Assembly (NCBI GenBank): GCA_049582585.1
Contig: JBAUUG010000446.1
Location: 1 to 51,521 of the forward strand
Length of the DNA: 51,521 nucleotides
Reading direction: 5' to 3'
Source: Bryobacteraceae bacterium
GTDB lineage: Bacteria; Acidobacteriota; Terriglobia; Bryobacterales; Bryobacteraceae
Shown here: positions 38,055 through 45,023 of the stretch, piece by piece
Position numbering within the stretch: the first letter of the stretch is position 1
How the letters are laid out: each line of letters starts with the position of its first letter
Notes under the pieces: model-generated
Told to the model about the DNA's origin: nothing
The model's input: only the letters and a program-made list of their open reading frames with translations
Databases searched by the model: none
Position numbers and translations under genes: made by a program

Positions 38055-38492
38055 ATGCAAGACGGTACACCACTTGACTCAGCCAATTCAGCGAAGCCGA
38101 TGACTCGCGTTCGTTCATCGTCATTCAAGTATTACATCCACGATGCCATAGAGGAGTGCCGTCTGCAATTGCTCGGCGAGTTGAGTGAGGCTGATGTCGC
38201 GGAGCTTAGCGGCTGCTGGGGAACGGCCCGGACGACGCTAGGAAGCCGAAAGCTGGTGCTGGATCTGCGGGCTCTCAAAGCGGTTGATGAAGCCGGCAAG
38301 CAATGGCTTATCTCCATGGCAGCAGAGGGTGCGTCGTATTTACCGGATGGCTTTTTGCGGCACGGGCTAGTAGGTCAGGCCGCGGAAGAAGCCGCTAAGG
38401 CCAGAGCCGCCTCAAAATCGGGATGGTTCGGCAAACTGTTCTCGATTTTGAAGGGCGGCGCGACCCCGGCTGAATCTACACTAGAACCGTAA
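38055..38492 (+). CDS. STAS-like (anti-sigma-factor-antagonist-like) protein, tentative
   Basis: CRLQLLGELSEADVAELSGCW....SRKLVLDLRALKAVDEAGKQWL resembles the STAS core. Start uncertain (38055 or 38100). The 3' end overlaps the convergent gene by 17 nt. Confidence 0.4.
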   Translation: MQDGTPLDSANSAKPMTRVRSSSFKYYIHDAIEECRLQLLGELSEADVAELSGCWGTARTTLGSRKLVLDLRALKAVDEAGKQWLISMAAEGASYLPDGFLRHGLVGQAAEEAAKARAASKSGWFGKLFSILKGGATPAESTLEP

Positions 38493-39600
38493 AAGCCGAT
38501 TCGGTTCGCGTGACCGGCCGATAAGCTGTGTCCCGCTCCAGAGGTTGCCGTCCGGCTTCGCGGATCAGTGCCAGCAAATCCTGGCGGCGGAGATGTTGAG
38601 CCGTGGTCGCCCCCGCATCGTGGTAAATCTTTTCTTCCACCACGGTTCCATCTATATCGTTAGCGCCGAATCGCTGCGCAATTTGCGCCACGCCGGGAGT
38701 CATCATGATCCAGTACGCCTTGATATGAGGAATGTTATCCAGCATCAATCGAGATATGGCGATTTGCTTCAGATCGTTGAAACCGGTTGTCGGCGGCAGA
38801 TGAGCCAGCGCGGTGTTCTGAGGATGAAACGCAAGCGGAATAAACGTGACGAATCCATTTGTCTCATCCTGTAAAGATCGAAGTCGGACCAGATGATCGG
38901 ACAAGTCTTCCGCGGTTTCCAGGTGCCCATAGAGCATCGTGCAGTTACTCTTGAATCCGATTTCATGCGCGATGCGCGCGGTTTCCAGCCATTGATCGCC
39001 ATCGATCTTGTGATCGCAGATGATCCGGCGAACACGCTCTGAAAAGATCTCTGCGCCGCCTCCCGGCATCGAGTCAATCCCCGCCGTCTTCAGCCGCTCG
39101 AGGGTGTCGCGAAGCGAGATTTTCGCCCGCTTCGCCAAATAGGCGACCTCGACCATGGTGAACGCCTTCAGGTGCACGCTGGGATAACGCTCCTTCAAGC
39201 CCGAGATCATCTCGCAGAACCAATCCAGCGTCAGTTCCGGATGCAAGCCGCCGACGATGTGAAACTCGGTCACAGCTTCGGCGTATCCTTTTCCAGCAAC
39301 CTCCCATACCTGCTCGAGCGACATGGTGTATGCGTGCGGATCTTTCGCTTTCTTGCCGAACGCGCAAAGCCGGCAACTTGCCACGCACACGTCAGTCGGG
39401 TTGATATGCCGGTTGACATTGAAATAAGTAACGTCGCCGTGCAGCCGCTCGCGCACCAGATTGGCCATGTAGCCGAGCGCCAGAATGTCGGAGCTGCGAA
39501 ACATAGTCACGCCGTCTTCGTAGCTCAGACGCTTGCCCGATTCCACTTTTTCGAAAATGGGGTTGAGTGAGCGGTCCTCGATCCTGGGGTAGGAGATCAT
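38476..39600 (-). CDS. Radical-SAM menaquinone (futalosine pathway) enzyme, MqnE/MqnC family (probably aminofutalosine synthase MqnE)
   Basis: Start at MISYPRIEDRS (39600), 1 nt after the upstream stop. YFNVNRHINPTDVCVASCRLCAF (CxxxCxxC cluster), GGLHPELTLDWF, GGGAEIF, NCTMLYGHLET and GFVTFIPLAFHP. Confidence 0.75.
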   Translation of the reverse strand: MISYPRIEDRSLNPIFEKVESGKRLSYEDGVTMFRSSDILALGYMANLVRERLHGDVTYFNVNRHINPTDVCVASCRLCAFGKKAKDPHAYTMSLEQVWEVAGKGYAEAVTEFHIVGGLHPELTLDWFCEMISGLKERYPSVHLKAFTMVEVAYLAKRAKISLRDTLERLKTAGIDSMPGGGAEIFSERVRRIICDHKIDGDQWLETARIAHEIGFKSNCTMLYGHLETAEDLSDHLVRLRSLQDETNGFVTFIPLAFHPQNTALAHLPPTTGFNDLKQIAISRLMLDNIPHIKAYWIMMTPGVAQIAQRFGANDIDGTVVEEKIYHDAGATTAQHLRRQDLLALIREAGRQPLERDTAYRPVTRTESAFTVLV

Positions 39601-39601
39601 T

Positions 39602-40492
39602 TCAGAGATACCGCCGATGAAAAAAGATATCAGCGGCCCAAAAGGCGAAGAACAGCAGGCTGACATAGCCGTTGACGGTGAAGAAAGCGGCATTCACGCG
39701 CGAGAGGTCGTTCGGCTTCACCAGCCCGTGCTCATAGATCAGCAACGTCGCAACGGCAGCCACTCCCGCGAGGCTTAACGCGCCGAGATGGAACGAATAA
39801 ACCAGCGCAAGCAAGCAGACGATCATCGAGACGTGTAAAAGGCGTGCAATCGACAATGCATTGCCGATGCCGAAGCGCTTGGGGATGCTGCACAGGCCTT
39901 CCGCGCAATCAAACTCGAAATCCTGGCAAGCGTAGATCACGTCGAAGCCGGCCGTCCAAAACATAACTGCCGACGTCAGCCAAAGAATACGCGGATCGAG
40001 CGCGTCGCGGATTGCAATCCAGGCGGCGGCGGGCGCGATGCCGAGACAAAATCCAAGAATGAGGTGCGAGAAGAGAGTAAAGCGCTTCGAAAACGAGTAG
40101 AAGAACAGAATTGCGAGCGCAAAAGGCGCCAATGCAAAGCACAACCACCCGAGTTGCCGAGCCGCCCACAAGAAGATCAATGAAGCAACAGCGGTGAAGG
40201 CCCAGGCAAATCGAACCGAGAGAAGGCCTGCAGGCAGGTGACGGCCTGCAGTGCGTCGATTGCGGGCGTCAATGCCGGCATCGAGGAGACGGTTGAAGGC
40301 CATGGCCGCCGAGCGAGCCGCTACCATCGCGACGACAATCCAGAGGAAGCGCCAGCCCAAGCCTGCGATCCTGAAATCCGCATCGCGGCACGCGAGCAGC
40401 GCCCCCGTAAGCGCGAAAGGGAGCGCGAATACGGAATGCTCGAACTTGATCATGTCAAGCGTAAGGCGCAGACGGATCCAGAAGCGAGTCAT
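39602..40492 (-). CDS. UbiA-family aromatic prenyltransferase (4-hydroxybenzoate polyprenyltransferase-like; likely the menaquinone MqnP role)
   Basis: 8-9 TM helices. First Asp-rich motif NRLLDAGIDARNRRTAGR. IKFEHSVFALPFAL N-terminus. Tight linkage with the mqn radical-SAM gene. Confidence 0.8.
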   Translation of the reverse strand: MTRFWIRLRLTLDMIKFEHSVFALPFALTGALLACRDADFRIAGLGWRFLWIVVAMVAARSAAMAFNRLLDAGIDARNRRTAGRHLPAGLLSVRFAWAFTAVASLIFLWAARQLGWLCFALAPFALAILFFYSFSKRFTLFSHLILGFCLGIAPAAAWIAIRDALDPRILWLTSAVMFWTAGFDVIYACQDFEFDCAEGLCSIPKRFGIGNALSIARLLHVSMIVCLLALVYSFHLGALSLAGVAAVATLLIYEHGLVKPNDLSRVNAAFFTVNGYVSLLFFAFWAADIFFHRRYL

Positions 40493-40517
40493 CCGGTCAA
40501 CGCTACCATTCTAGGGG

Positions 40518-41264
40518 ATGGACGCTCAGCAAATTCAGCAACTTCTGGAACAAGTCCGGGACGGCCGCGCCAGCGTGGAGACCGCCATGGACAGTCTGCG
40601 GCATTTGCCCTTCGAAGATTTAGGATTCGCGAAAGTCGACCATCACCGAGCCATGCGCCACGGAATGCCGGAAGTGATCCTGGGTCAGGGCAAGACTGCG
40701 GATCAGGTTGAGGGTATTGCGGCAGCGCTGCTGGCGAAATCGCAAAATCTCCTTTTGACGCGAGCAACTGAAGAAATGGCTGCCCGAGTCGCCGCGCTCG
40801 CTTCGGAAGCGGAGTATTTTCCGGCCTCCGGCGTGGTACGGGTCTGGCGCGATAAAACCATTCACGGCAAAGGGAAAATCGTCGCTGTCTGCGCCGGGAC
40901 GAGCGATTTACCCGTGCTTCAAGAAGCGCAGCTGACCGCCGAAGCCATGGGCAACCAGGTAGACACGATTTGCGATGTCGGAGTGGCCGGTATTCACCGC
41001 CTTCTGCATCAGCGCGATCTCCTGATGCAGGCGCACGTGGCAATTGTGTGCGCGGGCATGGAAGGCGCGCTTCCAAGCGTCGTAGGCGGGCTGGTTTCAT
41101 GCCCGGTTATCGCGGTGCCGACGAGCGTCGGATACGGCGCGAGTTTTCATGGTTTAGCGGCGTTGCTTGGCATGCTGAACAGCTGCGCCAGCAACGTGGC
41201 GGTGGTTAACATCGACAACGGCTTCGGGGCCGGGTACGTAGCCAGTCTGATTAACAGGCTATGA
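40518..41264 (+). CDS. larB: LarB-like (PurE-fold) nickel-pincer cofactor biosynthesis / AIR-carboxylase-related protein
   Basis: [72 protein letters not shown] and [11 protein letters not shown]. Confidence 0.8.
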   Translation: MDAQQIQQLLEQVRDGRASVETAMDSLRHLPFEDLGFAKVDHHRAMRHGMPEVILGQGKTADQVEGIAAALLAKSQNLLLTRATEEMAARVAALASEAEYFPASGVVRVWRDKTIHGKGKIVAVCAGTSDLPVLQEAQLTAEAMGNQVDTICDVGVAGIHRLLHQRDLLMQAHVAIVCAGMEGALPSVVGGLVSCPVIAVPTSVGYGASFHGLAALLGMLNSCASNVAVVNIDNGFGAGYVASLINRL

Positions 41265-41278
41265 GGGCCAGGGAATCT

Positions 41279-42454
41279 TCAGTGGACCAGTTTCTGCAGC
41301 CGTTCCCCAGCGGCTTCGAGCGTCTCTGGCCTTTTCGCGAAGCAGAAGCGAATCAGGTGTGAGCCATCCGCGGGATCTGAGAAGAAGCTCGAGCCCGGGA
41401 CAGCGGCAATCCCAATCTCTTTCACGAGATGTCTGCAAAACGCGATATCGTCCGTGAAGCCGAAAGGCGAGATGTCGCACATGATGTAGTAGGCTCCCTT
41501 CGGAACATAACAGCGAAGCCCGACCTTCTCGAGCATGCCGACCAGGAGGTCTCGCTTGGTTTGGTAATTTCGCGCTAAGTCCGCGTAATAGCGGTCCGGC
41601 AGGTTCAGCGCGGTCACCCCTGCCTGTTGCAACGGAGCGGCTGCTCCCACCGTGAGAAAGTCGTGAACTTTACGTATGGAAGCGGTGAGATCGGGCGCGG
41701 CAATCACCCAGCCGACACGCCAGCCGGTTACTGAGTAGGTCTTGCTGAGACTGTTCACAAGAACACAGCGATCGCGCATGCCCGGGAGCGTAATCGGCGG
41801 GATGTGCCGCTCGCCGTCGAAAATGATGTGCTCATAGATCTCGTCCGTAATCAACAGGCAATCGTACTCTTCGCAGAGATTAGTGACGAGCGTAAGCTCA
41901 CTTGCCGAGAAAACCCGGCCGGTTGGATTATTCGGCGAATTTAGTATTACGGCGCGGGTTCGTTTGGTAAAAGCGGCGCGAAGCTCGTCGGGATCAAAGG
42001 TCCAATCAGGCGGCCGGAGGGTGACGAAGCGGCAGACGGCTCCGCTGAGCTGGGAATCGGGCCAGTAATTTTCGTAAAAAGGCTCAAAAAGCACGACTTC
42101 GTCGCCGGGATTGAGCAGAGCAAGCAGCGTGGCGATCATGCCCTCCGTCGCGCCGCAGCAGACAGTCAGTTCACGCTCTGAGTCGATCTCGAGCTGATAG
42201 AAATGCCGATAATAATGGCAGATGGCATCGCGGAAAGGTTTAGCGCCCCAGGTTATCGAATATTGATTGACATCGTCCCCGATAGCGTTTTGAGCAGCCG
42301 TTTTGACTTCAGCGGGGGCCGCGAAATCGGGAAATCCCTGGGCGAGATTGACGGCGCCATGCTGGATCGCGAGACGCGTCATGTCGCGGATTACGGATTC
42401 CTTGAACTCGGCTACCCGGGCGCTCTCAAACCGGCGGGCGAGGATGCTTCCCAT
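41279..42454 (-). CDS. Pyridoxal-phosphate-dependent aminotransferase, class I/II (YbdL/kynurenine-oxoglutarate type)
   Basis: Start at MGSILARRF. VNLAQGFPDF, NQYSITWG, NPGDEVVLFEPFYENY, ILNSPNNPTGRVF, SLSKTYSVTGWRVGW (PLP lysine) and IRFCFAK. Confidence 0.85.
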   Translation of the reverse strand: MGSILARRFESARVAEFKESVIRDMTRLAIQHGAVNLAQGFPDFAAPAEVKTAAQNAIGDDVNQYSITWGAKPFRDAICHYYRHFYQLEIDSERELTVCCGATEGMIATLLALLNPGDEVVLFEPFYENYWPDSQLSGAVCRFVTLRPPDWTFDPDELRAAFTKRTRAVILNSPNNPTGRVFSASELTLVTNLCEEYDCLLITDEIYEHIIFDGERHIPPITLPGMRDRCVLVNSLSKTYSVTGWRVGWVIAAPDLTASIRKVHDFLTVGAAAPLQQAGVTALNLPDRYYADLARNYQTKRDLLVGMLEKVGLRCYVPKGAYYIMCDISPFGFTDDIAFCRHLVKEIGIAAVPGSSFFSDPADGSHLIRFCFAKRPETLEAAGERLQKLVH

Positions 42455-42544
42455 GCTGCCATGATTACATCGAGGATTCGCTGCTTCTCTCTCGAATCGA
42501 AGCACAGCGAGGCACCTACGAACCGAAATGACTGGCTGCTCGCG

Positions 42545-42552
42545 CAACGCTT
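42545..42552. repeat. Target-site duplication, left copy (CAACGCTT)
   Basis: The identical octamer recurs directly outside the right IR at 44953-44960. Confidence 0.85.
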
Positions 42553-42570
42553 GGTAGTGGCTCAGTTTGA
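42553..42570 (+). repeat. Left terminal inverted repeat GGTAGTGGCTCAGTTTGA
   Basis: Exact reverse complement of 44935-44952. 20 of 22 positions match if extended to 42574 / 44931. Confidence 0.9.
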
Positions 42571-42571
42571 G

Positions 42572-42940
42572 TTAGCGGATATCAAATAGAAAGGCTAATC
42601 CGAGTTCGATTCCGCCCATTGCCGTGTCGGTCATTTTGCCCATTTTAGGTTGTTCCAATCTGCTCGGATCTAAGACCCGTATGTGATCAGTAAGGGCCAC
42701 GCTGTTGCTCATTGGCCGCGAGCAAGACACATCCTTGATCATGTGTGTCATTGGGATAAGTATTCTGTAAGCGCTCGCCTTGTGGACCTTAGTGGTGAGT
42801 GGAACACCGACAACGTTGAACCCCAGTTTATTAATCGCGTCCCTAGAAACGATCACATAAGGACGGCTTTTCTTTTGCTCGGACCCTTGTATGTCGAGAT
42901 CTTTAGCGAATACCCAAAAGATCTCACCGTACTTAAGCAT
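42572..42940 (-). CDS. PemK/MazF-family endoribonuclease toxin
   Basis: GEIFWVFAKDLDIQGSEQKKSRPYVIVSRDAIN...VVGVPLTTK.....YRILIP....SVALTDHIRVLDPSRL matches the GdI..v.....GsEq...RP.lVvS / vvPlTs / Qir.iD..RL pattern. The ATG at 42940 overlaps the upstream stop (ATGCTTAA). Confidence 0.85.
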   Translation of the reverse strand: MLKYGEIFWVFAKDLDIQGSEQKKSRPYVIVSRDAINKLGFNVVGVPLTTKVHKASAYRILIPMTHMIKDVSCSRPMSNSVALTDHIRVLDPSRLEQPKMGKMTDTAMGGIELGLAFLFDIR

Positions 42941-43718
42941 CAAGCAGTGTTGCAGTGTCCATGTCTTTCATGGATGAATCGAGCAGTTCTTGGTCTTCCT
43001 CGTCCCATTCAAACGGCTGGATAGTGACTTCTTCTTGGGGAGATCTAAAATTAAGCCCCTGCCGAGCATACCCATACGCATTCACTGCGGCTCTCAGGCC
43101 GTCAATGATTTCGGGCAGCACTTGAAGTTGAATTGATTTATCATGCCGAATGCCTACTAACAGACAATCGAGATGAAACTGCGCCCATGTTGCATTAACG
43201 GCGAACTTGGTGGCTATCTCTTGGTCTTGAGATCTTAGATCTGGGGCAACATTGCCAGAAGCCGCTATCGTTGCGATTATTCTGCTTGTGCGCCGAAGCG
43301 TCCAAACAGTGAACATTGCTTGGTCCTTAGCAGCCGATCCGAATCGGGCTAGACCATGTTCTCGGAATTCTGCTTCAAGTTCACAAAAACATTCACGCAA
43401 AACAGTCTCAATAACTGGCCCCGCAACCATCCTTTGGATCAAGCGTGCGAAAGACGTTACCGCAATCGCATACTGCTCAAAGACTACACTTCTCACTGCG
43501 GTGAAATCCTTCTGGTTTTGTGCTGCGATAGCCCGCAGTAGCAGTCCATCAACGAACGAGCTTATTCCCTTGAGGATCTCCTCTGCTGAGGGAGACAACT
43601 CCCCCTTCGAGCGGCGCTGCGAAGGAAGGCCCACTAAGGCTAGAAGGTCATCTAATCCCGGAGGTTTTAAGCTTAGAACCCCGATATCTTGCTCGGGCAA
43701 AACAATAGCTTCGTTCAT
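42933..43718 (-). CDS. Hypothetical 261-aa protein with an acidic C-terminal tail, in the antitoxin position of the MazF operon
   Basis: Uninterrupted ORF translationally coupled to the toxin gene. Mostly helical-looking sequence. C-terminus FEWDEEDQELLDSSMKDMD. No AbrB/RHH/HTH motif recognised. Confidence 0.65.
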   Translation of the reverse strand: MNEAIVLPEQDIGVLSLKPPGLDDLLALVGLPSQRRSKGELSPSAEEILKGISSFVDGLLLRAIAAQNQKDFTAVRSVVFEQYAIAVTSFARLIQRMVAGPVIETVLRECFCELEAEFREHGLARFGSAAKDQAMFTVWTLRRTSRIIATIAASGNVAPDLRSQDQEIATKFAVNATWAQFHLDCLLVGIRHDKSIQLQVLPEIIDGLRAAVNAYGYARQGLNFRSPQEEVTIQPFEWDEEDQELLDSSMKDMDTATLLDA

Positions 43719-43724
43719 GGTAGT

Positions 43725-43913
43725 TTAAGGACGCTTCCATCTTGCGCGATTTGCCTTGAGCGCTATTGCGCGTCGCTCACCTGCATCCAGTTTTTGGGCA
43801 CGCACGGTTCCACCGATTTTGCCACCTGCGCTTGCAGCTTCTTTTCGGCGATTGGGCTGCTTTTCTTCAGTGAGTTCTTTAACGATGCGAAAAGCATTTG
43901 TGTTTAGATCCAA
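43725..43913 (-). CDS. Small basic protein (62 aa), first gene of the cargo operon
   Basis: TTG start with AAGG upstream. C-terminal GGKIGGTVRAQKLDAGERRAIALKANRARW resembles a G-G-K..RA.KL...R..IA.KAA.ARW motif I recall in short proteins next to toxin genes. Its stop lies 6 nt before the next start. Confidence 0.45.
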   Translation of the reverse strand: MDLNTNAFRIVKELTEEKQPNRRKEAASAGGKIGGTVRAQKLDAGERRAIALKANRARWKRP

Positions 43914-44091
43914 CTACATACCTTGCCTTTCGAGGACCTCTGACGATATTCATTTATACCAAGTAGGACGATCATATCCTTGATGTCGTTAGTTAAACAA
44001 GGACTACTTCTCACTTTTCTCTCAGATTGTCAAGGGTTCTAGTACCCTTCTATTTGAACAAAATGCTTGACGAAGCAAGTACTCAAGCATA

Positions 44092-44943
44092 ATGTTTAGT
44101 ATGAACCGGTTGAGCATCAAAGATCGCGTGGGGGTGGTTCGCTGTCTAGTTGATGGATGCTCAATGCGGGCGGCTTCGCGTATTACCGGAATAGCTCGAA
44201 ATACCATTGACAAGCTTCTTATCGAACTGGGGACAGCCTGCTCTGAGTATCAGGATCGCACCCTCCGCAATCTGGCATGTAAACGAATTCAGGTAGATGA
44301 GTGCTGGGCCTTCTGTTATTGCAAGCAAAAGACTGTGACTCCCGAAATTGCGGAGCGTCAGACGGCGGCTGGTGACGCATGGACCTGGGCGGCGATTGAT
44401 GCTGATACCAAACTCATTCCCTGCTGGATTATCGGTCAACGAGATGGCGTCACTGCTCGGATGTTTGTTAATGATCTTGCTTCACGTCTTGCGGATCGGG
44501 TGCAACTTACCAGCGATGGCCTAAGGGTTTACCTGGCAGCCGTAGAGCGCGCGTTCAGGGGCGACGTTGATTATGCCACCCTCGTAAAGATCTACGGCAG
44601 CGACCCCGAAGGCCAGAGGCGGTACAGCCCAGGGGAGTGCATCGGATGCGAGCGGCAACCCATCACCGGAGATCCCGACCCGCGATACATCAGCACGAGT
44701 TTTATCGAACGCGCCAATTTAACCATGCGAATGAATATGCGGCGATTCACGAGGCTGACGAACGCCTTCTCGAAGAAAATCGAGAACCACGCCGCCGCCG
44801 TTTCATTGCACATGATGCACTACAATTTTGTGCGTGTCCACCAGACGCTCAGAACCACGCCTGCCATGGCCGCTGGCGTGACTAATCGGCTCTGGGAGAT
44901 CGAAGACATCGTGGCGCTCTTGGATCATGAGAATTCAAACTGA
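44092..44943 (+). CDS. IS1-family DDE transposase (single ORF, N-terminal HTH)
   Basis: HTH CSMRAASRITGIARNTIDKLL. VDECWAF, WAAIDADTKLI, LTSDGLRVY, and FIERANLTMRMNMRRFTRLTNAFSKKIENHAAAVSLHMMHYNF, which parallels E. coli IS1 InsB [41 protein letters not shown]. Start at 44092 or 44101. Confidence 0.85.
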   Translation: MFSMNRLSIKDRVGVVRCLVDGCSMRAASRITGIARNTIDKLLIELGTACSEYQDRTLRNLACKRIQVDECWAFCYCKQKTVTPEIAERQTAAGDAWTWAAIDADTKLIPCWIIGQRDGVTARMFVNDLASRLADRVQLTSDGLRVYLAAVERAFRGDVDYATLVKIYGSDPEGQRRYSPGECIGCERQPITGDPDPRYISTSFIERANLTMRMNMRRFTRLTNAFSKKIENHAAAVSLHMMHYNFVRVHQTLRTTPAMAAGVTNRLWEIEDIVALLDHENSN

Positions 44944-44952
44944 GCCACTACC
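44935..44952 (-). repeat. Right terminal inverted repeat (reverse complement reads GGTAGTGGCTCAGTTTGA)
   Basis: + strand TCAAACTGAGCCACTACC. It contains the transposase stop codon (44941-44943). Confidence 0.9.
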
Positions 44953-44960
44953 CAACGCTT
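44953..44960. repeat. Target-site duplication, right copy (CAACGCTT)
   Basis: Identical to 42545-42552. Confidence 0.85.
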
Positions 44961-45023
44961 AGAAATGCATTCTGGTATGGTACGCTTTCTGGCCCTTAGC
45001 GCCAGGGCCGCGATTGCTTCGAT

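Larger units (their letters stand above)
42553..44952 (+). mobile_element. IS1-family insertion sequence (2,400 bp) carrying three passenger genes (MazF-type toxin operon)
   Basis: Perfect 18-bp terminal inverted repeats, 8-bp direct duplication of the target, and an IS1-like DDE transposase ORF ending inside IR-R. More AT-rich than the flanking DNA. Confidence 0.85.

Noticed and set aside
42596-42616. tRNA T-arm-like string GAGTTCGATTCCGCC near the left end of the IS, a possible tRNA attachment site.
   Set aside because: The flanking bases do not form a T-stem (CCGAG versus CCGCC) or an acceptor stem. The stretch is in frame inside the MazF coding sequence (..GGIELGLAF..).
44092-44943. Expected IS1-style two-ORF (insA/insB) organisation with an A6C programmed frameshift in the transposase.
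   Set aside because: The HTH and DDE regions lie in one uninterrupted 283-aa frame, so no frameshift is needed.
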